From: Paraspadella gotoi | Lineage: Eukaryota; Animalia; Chaetognatha | Length of the DNA: 64,000 bases | Assembly: GCA_051294375.1 (NCBI GenBank) | Contig: CM119271.1 | Span: 8,299,788-8,363,787 of the forward strand | Reading direction: 5' to 3' | Notes under the pieces: model-generated | Database searches by the model: none | The model's input: only the letters and a program-made list of their open reading frames with translations | What the model was told of the DNA's origin: nothing | In this document: positions 37,358 to 50,429 of the stretch, piece by piece | Layout of the letters: each line of letters opens with the position of its first letter | Position numbering within the stretch: position 1 is the stretch's first letter | Program-made: the position numbers and the translations under genes

Positions 37358-37691
37358 GGAACGGACGAAGACCGATGCCAACAAAAGTGCAAGGACGAGT
37401 GGGAAGGTCCCCCTTGCGAAGAGTATCACTGTTGCTCCAACGAAGTGAGCAGCTCTCAAGCCGCTGGCCGCTCCGGCCGCCGCGGCGACTCCCGCAGCGG
37501 CCGCCGCCCCGACGGAGCTGGGCGGATCTAACTCCAGCAAACGAACCTCGACCGACTCGTCCGAAGAAAAACCCGCCTTCGGGACCGTCGATGGGATCGT
37601 CCGCGAGGACAAAGACGACGACGATAAAAACGACGACAACGACGAAGGAAATAAACGACTCGTCCAGAAATTGAAGGAAGAAGAAAAATGA
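37358..37691 (+). CDS. ZnT1-like gene terminal exon 8 (Cys cluster and low-complexity acidic tail); acceptor and one internal frameshift apparently corrupted
   Basis: GTDEDRCQQKCKDEWEGPPCEEYHCCSNEVS resembles the ZnT1 C-x3-C...C-x4-CC motif that follows TIQPEF. After a 1-nt shift it continues KPLAAPAAAATP...LVQKLKEEEK*. Confidence 0.7.
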
Positions 37692-37760
37692 AAAAAAAAG
37701 AAGAGAATTTTAAGGTTTGTGTTGATTTGAATTGAAGTCTGCCTGTCGTCTGCCTGTCAG

Positions 37761-37794
<34 letters not shown>

Positions 37795-37894
37795 NNNNNN
37801 NNNNNNNNNNNNNNNNNNNNNNNNNNNNNNNNNNNNNNNNNNNNNNNNNNNNNNNNNNNNNNNNNNNNNNNNNNNNNNNNNNNNNNNNNNNNNN

Positions 37895-39003
37895 TAGAGA
37901 GACGAGAGTGAGAGTGTAGGGCTGAGATGACATCTGGTTCAAGTTCAAAAATTCGCGATCGGAGTCGGGACGACGAATAATTTGAAGAGAATAGAAGTTG
38001 CCGAAACGGCTATCTGGTATTAAATAAAGTTCTGAATTGAATGAGAGACTAGAAGAACGAAGATGAGAAACGAAGAAGGAGAGGAGAAGAGAGAGAACCG
38101 AAAAATTATATATAAATTATATATATAATATAGAAGTGATTAAGATTTTCAAAGAAGAATAGTGGATCGGTCATACCCAAATTTAAAAATTAAAGATATC
38201 GAAAAGTGTTTAACCGCCCCACTCACAAAAAAAACCCAACGTTTTTTTTTTGCTTGTGTATGTTTGTTTCTGCTCTCATTCTCCCCGTTTAAGTCTCTTT
38301 TCTTCTTTTTAGCCGCCGCCCGACTATGAGAGGCTCTCTGGGCCCCCCCCCTTTTGCTTTTTCAAAACAAAATAACAATAGTTCCTCTCTCTTTTCAAAC
38401 CTGCTAACCTTTTTTCAATTAGCCTCTAAAGACAGACCCTTTAACCTCTTCCGATCACTCGGGTCACTTTCCTTCCATTAGTCCTTACTAACACCCTCGA
38501 ACCCCAGCACCACTAAATAACCCTAAACCCCCCAACCCAGCCAACCCCTGTCCCACACCACTACTCTCCCCCCTTCCGACGTGCAGCACACAGACGATAG
38601 ACCGATAGCCACAGACAACAAAGCAGAGACGAGTGGAAAGGTCCCCCTTCGAGATAGATAGTTGCTCCTCAACGAAGTGAGCAGCTCTAAGCCGCTGCGC
38701 GCTCCGGGGCCGGCACGGACCGGCGTCGTCCGCGCAGCGGCAGGCACAGCGCACGACGGGCGGGGCGGATTATAACTCCAGCAAACGAAACCTCGACACG
38801 ACTCTCCGAAGACAAACACCGCCTTCGGACCGTCGATGGGATCTCCGCAGAGGACAAAAGACGACACGTATAAAAACGACGACAACAGACGAAGGTAAAA
38901 TAAACGACTCGTCAAAATGAAGGAAGAAGAAAAATGAAAAAAGAAAGAGAATTAAGTTTGTGTTATTGAATGAAGTCTCCTGCCTGTCGTCTGCCTGTCA
39001 GTA

Positions 39004-39035
<32 letters not shown>

Positions 39036-39060
39036 TTCGTCTCTCTCTCTCTCTCTCTTC
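37895..39060 (+). repeat. Noisy tandem re-copy of ~36770-37794, including ZnT exon 8, after a 100-N gap
   Basis: Colinear similarity with many indels; probably an unmerged read or haplotype. Confidence 0.85.
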
Positions 39061-41534
39061 TTCTCTCTGTCTCTTCTCTCTTCTTCTCTATTCTCTCCTC
39101 TTTTCTTCTCCCCCCCTCCTCCCTCGAATTTTCTTTTTAAATTTACCCATTTCCTCGTTTATTTATATTCAATGAATTTTTAATCTTTTGTTATTGTTTG
39201 GTTTTTATTTCTACATATTTGTATATTACAATAATATTTCATGTAGCGGCTCTCTTACGATCCCCGTGATGTAAATGTGTTTATTCGACATAATAGCAAA
39301 TAATCAAATCAAAATCAAAAATTCCTCATCTCTCTCTCTCTCTCTCTGATAAACTTCATATCCGTTTTGCTCGCGACTTGCATCAATTTGTAAATCGTTT
39401 TTATTTCCTTGTTTTTCGTTTTTTTTTACTTAATCGGCCGACTTTGCCCTCCAGGAACATAAACAGGCCGGACGGACACGAGACGACGACGACGACGACG
39501 ATGACGACGAAAATACCCATCTCGTCGCGTCGATGAATAAAAACGAACTCATTGGGCGAGAAGCTGTGTCGGCGGAAAAAAATAAGAAAGAGACAAGCTG
39601 TGAATGTCTTAACTTATCTTATTCTCATCTTATTTTCTTTCTTTTTTTTTTCCTTCTTTTCTTTTCTTTCTTTTCTTTCTTCTTGTTCTTTTCTATGTTC
39701 TTTCTTTCTTGCTTCTTCTCTTTCTTTTCTTTTGCCTTTTCTTTCTTTTTTTTATTCATTTCTTTTCTTTTCTTTTTCTTTCATGTCTTTTCTTTCTTTT
39801 CATTTCTTTTTCTTCTTCTCTTCTCCTTCTCAGTGCGTCCTTGGACCCCACTTAATTTCTGATTATTTACTTTAAAGTTCGTAAAATTCAAATTTCGTTC
39901 CTTTTTATTATTTTTATTTTCAGGAGAGAAAAGTTCATCCCTCTCATCATCGGTATTGGCTTTGTTTCGGACGTATTTTTATGCCTCAATAACGTCTATT
40001 TTGACTCTCTCTCTCTCTCCTCCTCTCTCTCTGCCGTCTCTCCTTCGTCTCTCTCTCTCTCTCTCTCTCCTCTCTCTCCTCTCTCTCTCTCTCTCTATTC
40101 TTTTTCTTTTCCTCACGCTCGGACTCGACATTTTCACCGCGTGTGTTTGGGCGCTGCGCGCTTGCCGCTGCCAGCTGCCGCTGCCGCCCGCCGCTGCGCG
40201 CCCGCCCGCCGCCGCCAGGCTGGCCGTCGTCGTTCTCCTTGCTCGTTCACGATTGGACGCCAGACAGGGTCAGCGTCGAAGACCCATCGCGTTGTTGAAC
40301 GACTACGCTGCTGCGCTCTCTGACGGAACTCCCCGCCGCTGCTGCTCCGTCGACTTTTGTTGACGCGCGCTTCCGGTTTCAAAACTCACTCTGGAGTCGC
40401 CCAGAACCGAAATCACAAATATATGCAACATTTTTTTAATATTTTTTTTCAATCCATTTTTTATTCATGAACAATTGTTTTCATTCGTCCCATGTTTTTT
40501 TTTGTCTAATTTTTTTTTTACGTTGTATTTTGTTTTAAATTCTCTCATTGAAAAAAATATTGCGTTTTTTTATCTTACTGATCCTTCTTTAGAACTTTAA
40601 ATTTATAAAGATCTTCGTATGTTTGTTTCTTCCCTAAACTTTCACTTGGACCTTCGCTTCTTTCTTTTTTGTTTTTCTTCTCATCTCTTTCTTCTCCTCC
40701 CCTTCTCTCTTCTCTCTCTCTCTCCTCTCTTTCCTCTTTTTGTCCCACCTTCCTCCCTGGACATCTCAGCACATCTTCGGTCGTCTCCTTCCATAATTTG
40801 CGACCCGCTTGTTCATTGAGGTCCCACTTCTTCCGTCAATACCCCCTTCTCCACTCGAAATTGCTTATGTCATCTTGAGCTGACGATCAGAGTTTGTGAG
40901 AGAGACGCTCCGTCGCGAGACTCTTCCAGTTTCTGGTTATACAAACGAGAAGAAGTGAGCGCTGACAATATAGGATGTGAGTATTGAATTGTCTTAAAAA
41001 AACTAGTCTGCTGCAAAACCAAGTTTTCCAAAACATCGAATCTGACAAAGTATTTGAGCCTGGCAGTAGGAGAATCTGTAAGAAGGGGGGACCCCGAGAC
41101 TTCTCTGAGAGTTTTTCAAAAATCATGTTTCGTTTACGACGAAACTTAAAATAAACTAATCCCTAGAATACATATTTTGGGCTGAAAATTGATGTAACAC
41201 ATATCGACATACACCTGAATCTATCCCACACAAGGTTCATAAAAAAAAAAAAAACAGAAAAAATAGAAAACAATGAAGACAAAAACGAAAACCTTAGGCA
41301 CGATTTTCCTCCTCGTCCTGAATTTTTTTCTCCAGTTTACAGCCGCAATTCCTCTTTTCTTGATGTTAATTCCTTAATGATGGAAGGAGGTGGTTTTTCT
41401 TGTTTTTAATTGCACTTCTTTCTCTCTTCTCTCTCTTCTCCTCTCTCCTGGCCCCCTCTCCCTCTCCTATCTCTCTCTGCTCGTCCGTCTCTCTCTCGTT
41501 CCTTCTCTCTCCATCTCTCTCTCTCTTCTCCCAC

Positions 41535-41761
41535 CGTCCCATCTGCTCCCGGCGCCATCCGCCCACAACGCGTCGAGCACGTGCGGTCCATTAGGGTGCG
41601 ACGAGAGACACGGAGGCGGCGCTGTTCAGATTGGTCGTAACTCTTTCGCGCCGCTGAGCGCGCCTCGTCGTTCGGTCGTGCGCGAGCGGCGCGGTGCTCG
41701 CTCCACCAACGCGTTTCCTCAACGGCGCGGAGGAGCGGCGAGATTCGCTGTCTGCGGAAAT
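41535..41761 (-). CDS. Probable exon in low-quality sequence (frame unresolved)
   Basis: GC-rich block bounded on the minus strand by ccattttcag| and |gtggga. A similar GC-rich block lies at ~40130-40410. Confidence 0.3.
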
Positions 41762-41829
41762 CTGAAAATGGATATTTGATTTTGTATCATTTCTATTATT
41801 TACATTTTATCAAGGAATTTATTTGAATT

Positions 41830-41960
41830 CCAAGCGCTGATTGAAGACGCGAACTTTTCGAGTGAAACGATGTCTGCCTATGTAAAATAAAATCGTTGTT
41901 CAAAATTCCAATAAAATTCTTTGTAATCTCTAAAACAACGAAAGAAAATTATTAAACATC
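41830..41960 (+). mobile_element. Noisy or degenerate copy of the hammerhead-bearing PLE 3' end
   Basis: CTGA(T)TGAAGACGCGAActtTTCGAGT-GAAAC(G)ATGTC followed by AATAAAATCGTTG...AATCTCTA..ACAACGAAAG, as in the other copies. Confidence 0.6.
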
Positions 41961-44900
41961 GAATTATGTTACCATTAAAATGTAAAGGAACTTAATCGGA
42001 GTCAAGCAAAAATCCTAGAGAGAGAGAGAGAGATAGAGAGATAGAGAGGAGAGAGAGGAGAGAGAGAGAAGGAGAGAGAGAGAGAGAGAGAGAGAAGAGC
42101 GAAGAGAAGAGAGAGAGAAAGATGGAGTCGCTTGCAAAAAGTCAGATCCATACATATTTTCACAAATCGCTACCTGATAAGAATCTCGATATCTTAGCTC
42201 CTAACATCTTTTCAATCTCCATCCTCCTACACTCCCTTGCACTCTCGCTACAAATATTTCTCTCCATACACATGTACAAAACAGATGCACCACACCCAAC
42301 TCCTAACCAGTCCGAATATACTCACCTTACCTCTTACTCTTAGTAACATCATAAGTAATATATTCATTCGTCGGTCCATCGACTGCACTTCATTAGAAAA
42401 TATACATTGCATACAATTACATTTAGTCTAGAAACTTCCCATTTCAGCTCTCACGAAATCTACTACTAACACACTCGTCAGACTCACACTTCTCCGTTCT
42501 TCGTTTACTCCCTACTTCTCTCGCTACTCCGATAAAATATCTTCATTCGCCATAACGCGCGAAAAAATAAATATTAAAATTTTTACAATATTTAAATGTT
42601 AACGCCACTCCTCGTTGTGAAAATAAAACGACTCGGAGGGAAAGCGGTTTGATGAGTCTAGTCAACGAGTTGTCTCGTTATTTCTACTGTGACAACTCCC
42701 TTTTCGCATCACCGAATTCAAATAGCCCAACGCGCCAGCATAGTAACATCTTTCAGATCAAATCAGTTCCTATCAATCCCTGCGACTCCACGGTAATACA
42801 GTCATCATTCATGTCAGTGAGACAAACTCGTAATTCAGACCCCACCCCTTATCCCTTCTCTTCATATGTTGTCTCCACAGACCCCGTGAGCAGCTCCAAA
42901 ATCTATTATTAAATTTCGTACCGAACGAATGAAACTCGACGCACCCCTAATCGACCCCTTCTTTTTTAATCCACGCTCGCTCGTAATGTAGTACGAGCGT
43001 TCGTAGCTCCGATTGAACGATAACGAGGAGCGAATTAGATTCTTAATCGATCACGGGCCGAGTATAGCACGACTCCGCCCCTCTCTCCCCCGCGCGAACC
43101 ATTACCATCGTGAGCCGGCGAAAAGACGCGGGCACGTCACGGACGGGCGGACGGGCTTTGCACGACGACGTCGGTGTCCTACAGACGTGGACGGCTCCTG
43201 CGAGCAGTATCGGGCGGCGGCGGTGGGCTGAGTCATGACGATTTAATGGCTAGCTCGATCCGGCTACTTATTCATCATACTGGTACATCTCCTCTCTCGA
43301 ATATAATCACATAAAAAAACTAATCGTCTATCTTATTAGCCACCAAGATGTCACCGCTCTCGCATACGTTTACTGGACTAAACTCAGCCATTATCTTAAC
43401 GACCGCCTTTTCTTCGATAAGTTAATTGTTTGGATTATAATAACATATTACATACTATTATAACATAATTAAGACCATTAATATATACCTTAACTTAATC
43501 TATCATTACATAATACACGGCCACAATAATTACCTCAACTCAGCGTCGGAGAACTGAGGTCGTGACGTAAAAACGAGTCGACGTCGTCATCATCGTCGTC
43601 ATTCGAGTAAACTTAAGTTTTAAGAATAGAATGAGGCATTTAATTATTTATTTCTCTGCCCGTAGCCCCGCGCTCGATTCACTTCTCATCCACCCCCACG
43701 GCCACCCCCCCCCTCGCCCTTATTAGTATTGAACTAAAAATACCTGATTTTCTCATCGATATTTTCTCGTTTGATTTCGAATTTCGCAGAATCTATCTCA
43801 TTTCGTTCTACACTCGTCGTCCTCGTCGTTCTTCCCGATCATATCTTTCCTCTCCGTATCACTAATCGATTCGATCACGTATCTATCTGCATGCACTTCT
43901 ACTACTTAACCAACAAAATAAAAACATTTTCACACGTTCCGGCACTAATCGTTCTTATGCCGAGCAAATCTGGCCTAAGTCCGAATCGTCGAAGAATATG
44001 ACTACTCAGTAGATCAACATGCCTACCACCTACTACGCTCGCACGCTCTACGTTGTCCCTCTTTGTCTTCGGAATATCCGATCTGTCGCCAGCAATCCTT
44101 ACAAGAGAATCCGAAATACTCGGGTCTCAGCCCTAGATACCCGCATTTTGTCGCTCTTGAAGCTTCGAGGAGCGAGCTATAAAATAAAAATACATACACT
44201 TGGTCCTAAGTTATAGCATTCATATTAATTACAACTCTACAACCGATCCTCTTCTCTTGCATACTTCTAATCATTAATGTTCCATCTACCATCTATCATC
44301 ATCACTATCGATCTTTCTGAGAATTCGCGACGCGATATGTTCTCAATATCGAAATTCGTCTTTACATGACTTCATCGCTGTTTAGCAACATAACACTCTA
44401 TATAACAACAATCTGTCATATAACTTCAAATCTCAATATACCGTTAATACTCATCATATCCATCTATCTGCTTACTCTCTGTAAGCGTCTCACTCGATCC
44501 CGAGACTTACTCACGACCTACTATTATCTTACATCGCTCAGACTGATAAGCGAACATCTCTTATTTAAGTAAAGTTTCCATCGCAGATATGAAGGTATAG
44601 AAAATGCTTCCTTTCTCTCTCAAAGCCTCCCCTTGATTCTTGCAACCGCAACCGGACCATCCTACCATCACTACAAATTATCACAGTCGTTCTCTCTACG
44701 TTATGCTTGTATTTACTATAGGTACAACACGTGAGAGAAGGTACATGCCGTATCACTGGATACTCTACTACTCGTAACCTCCTATCATTCTACTACAATA
44801 GATATGAACTGTCCACTCAATGAGCGCACATATCACCTTCCGCATACGAAGATGAATTTTTCCGGCTCAATAAAAAAAGTAGAAGTTCTTTATTCATCAT

Positions 44901-45989
44901 CTCTCTATCAAGTTAATGAAATCAATAAAAGATGTTCTCACGTTCGTCTCTTTACTCTGCCTCCTCACCTACGTCAATCTCTCTTCTGTCTCACTCTTCT
45001 CTCCTCTACTCTCTATATTTCATCGGTGCGCATTTACATTCTCGGCATACATCATCACTATCACTTTCTTACTTTTTCATCTCTTCTTTTTCTTTTTCTT
45101 TTTTTTCACTATCACTATCACTCTTCTCTCAAATTTTAACCTTTCGTCTCATTATCTCTTACATCTCTTCACACTACTATCTATCATATTCATGATCATC
45201 ACATCCCACTCACACAATCACTCTATCTTAATTTACTCTCTATTCTCCTTTTTTTTTTCTTCAATTCTTCTTTTTTTTCACCATGTCCATAACTAATCAC
45301 ATTTCTTTTTTCCCTTTTTACTCCTCACTTTCTCCTAATTATTCTATACAGCAATAGACAAATCCTGCTCTCCTATACCTAGGTCCCGCTCGGAGTACAC
45401 TAGCTTATATATACTATACATCTCTCTCTCTCCTCTCTTCTCTCTCTCGCTCTCGCTCTCTCTCTCTCTCTCTCTCTCGTCTCTCCTCTCTCTCTGCTCT
45501 CTCTGCTCTCTCTCGCTTCTCATGTTTAACCCTTTTTGCGCCTGAAAGTTCCGCGAACTTGTAACCAACCTACCCGATCCTACCAGCACCGAGAAACGAA
45601 TAAGTTCATTCACTCTCTCTCTCTCTCCTCCACTCTCTTCCTATTGCGTAAGAGTAACGAGTAAAACAATCAGGACATTCAAATGATTCAATATTATTCG
45701 TATGGAACGAATCCAATTGAATAAAAACAATCGTTGCGGAAAATTCCAACTCGTGTTAGAGATCGCGTCTTTCTCGAAGAATGACGTCCACACACACACA
45801 AACTCACACCCACAGTGACTGTCAAAAACATCTTAAAGTTTACAAAACAAACAAAAAAAAGCTTCATTTTACCCTTTTAAACTTTATTTTAAAGTTTCCA
45901 TCTTACCTTTTCTTTTGGTGTTAGTCACTGATGATTTCCCTGTATTCCTTTCATCTCATCATCCCATTTTTTTGTTTTTTGTTTATCAC

Positions 45990-46049
45990 CTTTTATTCGT
46001 CGACTCATCGTTTCGCATCTTCGCTTCATCTTCGCCATCATCGATCCAA

Positions 46050-46085
<36 letters not shown>

Positions 46086-46293
46086 TTCCGGTTTCTCCGA
46101 CGCTGTCGCCGCCAAGCGGGTGAGCGACGGCCTTATCGTCGCCGCTAGACAGATTATCGGCGTCATTGACGCTTTTCTCGGCGCCCTTGGTCCGAAAATC
46201 GGCGTCGAATGGCGAGAAGACGCCGCGCGCCGACGGTAGCGCCGCCGCCAATGAGACGATGACGACGACGACGATCTCGAAGCGAAAGATCAT
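45990..46293 (-). CDS. First coding exon of a secreted prepro-protein (signal peptide, poly-Asp spacer, KRR and RR sites)
   Basis: MIFRFEIVVVVIVSLAAALPSARG-VFSPFD...GNDDDDDDDDDDDVGSMMAKMKRRCETMSRRIK; possible donor G|gtgata. Confidence 0.5.
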
Positions 46294-46574
46294 GACCGAA
46301 GACGCTGTTGTTGTCGTGTTGGCTTTTGTTTACGCTTCGTTTTTATTTATTTTCTCAGATAGATCACGATTTTAGTTCATAATAACTTTTTCTCGCGCAT
46401 TTTTTCACTCGTATTTTTGGTTCATATTTTCGAGAAAAATCGAGCGAATCATGTTCACATCTAAGATTTAAGGACTTTTAAAACCAAACATAAACATGCG
46501 ACTTTTACGACGTCATTAATGGATGTAAACATTACGGACTGCGCGACGGCCATTTTAACAAGTTACCGCCCCAA

Positions 46575-46930
46575 TGAACCTCTATAAGTCACTTTTCGGT
46601 CGGTCGGTCGTATGTCTGTTCTGTCGGCGTCTGTTACTTAGTTTAAAAATGCACATAATTCGCTTTTAGTTTGTTGCTCATTTTTGTTAAGACAGAAAAA
46701 AAACCTAAAAATCTCAGGACTACAAGCAAAAAGCGCCGCCTTCAGGAAATTCTAAAACTATAAAGAATAAAAAGACGGAATTCTGTGCATGGTGTTAATA
46801 CACAGGCGTAGAAAAAGTTATGTCGTCATGTAGTCATGTCATGGTTTCATATTACGTTATGTGTCTGTCATGTGTCACGTGAAAATAAAGTACTGCGGCG
46901 CAATACATTGGATTGAACCGATCTGTTTTA
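46575..46930 (+). mobile_element. Helentron/HINE-like element (duplicate at 55154-55481)
   Basis: CCTCTATAAGTCACTTTTCGGTCGGTCGGTC, (TGTCA)n tract, and a 3' hairpin ATTGG..CCGAT followed by CT(T)GTT. Confidence 0.55.
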
Positions 46931-49439
46931 TTTCGCCAAAAAGCTGCGTTTTCGGGAACCGAAAGCAGTTGCAGATATTTCGCAGTAGATGAAAAGTTTA
47001 AAATCCAGATCCAATGAAAAATTGCCTCTTTCTGCTCTGTCTCTCTTCTCTCTTCTCTCTCTCATCTCTCTCTTCTCGTCTTAGCTCGTCTTCTCTCCTC
47101 TCATCTCGTCCGACTCTCTCCTCTCTATCCGTCTTCTCTCCGGTCTTGGTCATATCTCGCCCCGTCTTTCCTCTCTCTCTCCCCGTCTCCTCTCTCTCTC
47201 TCTCTCCGTCGGCGTCGGGCTGCTTCGGTAAGCAATAGCGGACGAGATGCCGTCGACAACGGATTCCGCAAGAGTGGTTTGCCGAAAACCTGTAATTCCG
47301 ATTTTTAGATCATTCTCCAGCGCGCTTGATCAATATAATTTCGTATAATTTGATGCTGTGTCGTGTCGACATCGATAATTAACGATACGCTAAAAATCCA
47401 TCGTAGAAAGTAAAATTGAGGGATTTTCTTTTTTTTTTTTTTTTGTTATTTGCCAAAAATGGCGTTTCACTTTCCAGTTGTGTCTCGGGCGATTTTTGAT
47501 GGCGACCAATGATTCCGGGATCGAAAATGTGTTCACAAATTTACAGGTTGAAAACTAGAGTGCTCAACAGATAATGGTAAAGTGACTGTTAGAGAATATG
47601 AAAGTGTAAATATTTTTAAGATTTATCTTATAGATAAGCGCACGGAAGCAATTAAAAATTATTTAATTTCTATATAAAGTTAAAAATTTCTGATTCTGAT
47701 AAAGCTTTAAAAGTTAGATAAAAACTTTTTGTTTTAATGATGATAATGATGTTAAAAATTTTCTAAAGTTTTTTTCTATTTTTAACCAATTTATAGTCCA
47801 AATTTTAAATAAATTTATTACTAACTTTTATTTAAGATTTTAAGCTTAATAAGAATCCATTCTTAAAACATAAAATTTTGAAAAAATTTTTCTCATTTGT
47901 TATATATTAATATAATATATATATAATATATAATATAAATTTTAAAAGCTTCAGTGTAACAACCCAATGAACTAATTCAAAAAGTTGCATTGAAAATCGA
48001 TTTTGTAGTAGAAGGAAATTCTTTTTTTGAGAGAACTAGATGTTAAAAAAAGAGTTCAATTTTGGCCCGNNNNNNNNNNNNNNNNNNNNNNNNNNNNNNN
48101 NNNNNNNNNNNNNNNNNNNNNNNNNNNNNNNNNNNNNNNNNNNNNNNNNNNNNNNNNNNNNNNNNNNNNNNNNNNNNNNNNNNNNNNNNNNNNNNNNNNN
48201 NNNNNNNNNNNNTTAATAGTATGTATTATGGAAAATTGTGGATGAAAATTCAGGTTGTTTTGGTTTTTTACATTTTACGTTTTCTGGCCGTTCANNNNNN
48301 NNNNNNNNNNNNNNNNNNNNNNNNNNNNNNNNNNNNNNNNNNNNNNNNNNNNNNNNNNNNNNNNNNNNNNNNNNNNNNNNNNNNNNNNNNNNNNNNNNNN
48401 NNNNNNNNNNNNNNNNNNNNNNNNNNNNNNNNNNNNNNNNNNNNNNNNNNNNNNNNNNNNNNNNNNNNNNNNNNNNNNNNNNNNNNNNNNNNNNNNNNNN
48501 NNNNNNNNNNNNNNNNNNNNNNNNNNNNNNNNNNNNNNNNNNNNNNNNNNNNNNNNNNNNNNNNNNNNNNNNNNNNNNNNNNNNNNNNNNNNNNNNNNNN
48601 NNNNNNNNNNNNNNNNNNNNNNNNNNNNNNNNNNNNNNNNNNNNNNNNNNNNNNNNNNNNNNNNNNNNNNNNNNNNNNNNNNNNNNNNNNNNNNNNNNNN
48701 NNNNNNNNNNNNNNNNNNNNNNNNNNNNNNNNNNNNNNNNNNNNNNNNNNNNNNNNNNNNNNNNNNNNNNNNNNNNNNNNNNNNNNNNNNNNNNNNNNNN
48801 NNNNNNNNNNATGATGATAATGATGTTAAAGAAAATTTTCTAAAGTTTTTTTCTATTTTTTAACCAATTTATAGTCCAAATTTTAAATAAATTTATTACT
48901 AAACTTTTATTTAAGATTTTAAGCTTAATAAGAATCCATTTCTTTAAAACATAAAATTTTGAAAAAATTTTTTCTCATTTGTAATATATTAATATTAATA
49001 TATATATAATATATAATTATAAATTTTAAAAGCTTTCAGATTTGTAACAACCCCAATGAACTAATTCAAATAAGTTGCATTTTGAAAATCGATTTTGTAG
49101 TAGAAGGAAATTCTTTTTTTGAGAGAACTAGATGTTAAAAAAAGAGTTCTCAATTAATTGGCCCGTCTCTTATTATAGTATGTATTATGGAAAATTGTGA
49201 ATGAAAATTCAGGTTGTTTTCGGTTTTATTACATTTACGTTTTCTGGCCTGTTCACGTAACTTTCATTGGTGGTCTTACGGAGTTCGGAGGGGTCAAAAA
49301 GTTCAAATGTTTTTAAAGGAACTATTACCAAATACGTACAATTTTAACTTTTGTTTTTACGCTAAGCGTATATGCTTTAATGAAAGACCTATAAGCCGGC
49401 TTAATCGCGAGCTCAGGTCCGTTGTTGTATCATTTATCA

Positions 49440-49480
<41 letters not shown>

Positions 49481-50429
49481 CCAGTTTATTAATGTGCGGG
49501 CAATTCCGCGCCAAGTGCAGCACCGTTGATCTGAACTACGTTGAATGCTGCCCGGACTACGATGCGGAATTCCAGGATTCGGGGACAGCAAATTTGTCTT
49601 CCGCTGTGTGTGATCTTAAAAACAACATCCGTTCATCCCCCCCCTCGCGAGCCTTGAAAACTTTCCCTATTTTTATTTAGAATTAAATTAGTTTTTAGAT
49701 TTTAAAGATTAGATTAGAAGGGATAGGTTAGAAGGATAGGTAGAATATTAGGATTAGGTGGTCGATCCATCCTCCTCCCCCGAGGACGTTCAGTCACTGC
49801 GTCTGAGTCCACTAACTCTTCTATTATTTGGCCAGGGACTCTGATAACATACGTTGGTATAGTTCTTAGTGCGCCATGTGGATCTACCGGTTGTGATATT
49901 GGGATTTGGCTTTATGGTTAAAGGGTTAGGGTAAGGGATAAAGGTGAGGAATTACAGTTTAGGTCGTTTAGGATTCGTTTATCGTAGGACTAAATTTTCC
50001 TTTAGAAAAGCAGAGTTTTTTTTTTTTTTTTGTATATTCATAATTGTTATACTGGCCGATGTAGAATGACCGAAATATTCTTTATTTAAGTTTCATGTAA
50101 ATCGAATCATGAATATAGAAAATATCAACAACAACAAAAAAACTTGAAAAATTCGGATACAAGAATAAACTTATTCTACGATTAATTCGACATTTATATA
50201 TCTTTGAGATTTTAGAAAACCTTGCTCCATATTAAAGCCAGTTCATCCGATGGCCGACGCCTCGAACGCGCGACCCTCGCAGGATAGAAAATGATAAACA
50301 TAGGGATTAGGGTTATGGATTTGGAATAGAAAATATATAACATATGTATATAATTATATGATAAATTTATGAGTTAAGGAACAGAAATGTGGCAAAAAAA
50401 CCTGTTTCTCATTGACGATAGAGCCGCTA

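Noticed and set aside
48027-48863. Long ORFs spanning N runs (also 54566-55235 and 62268-63250)
   Set aside because: Artefacts of translating gaps.
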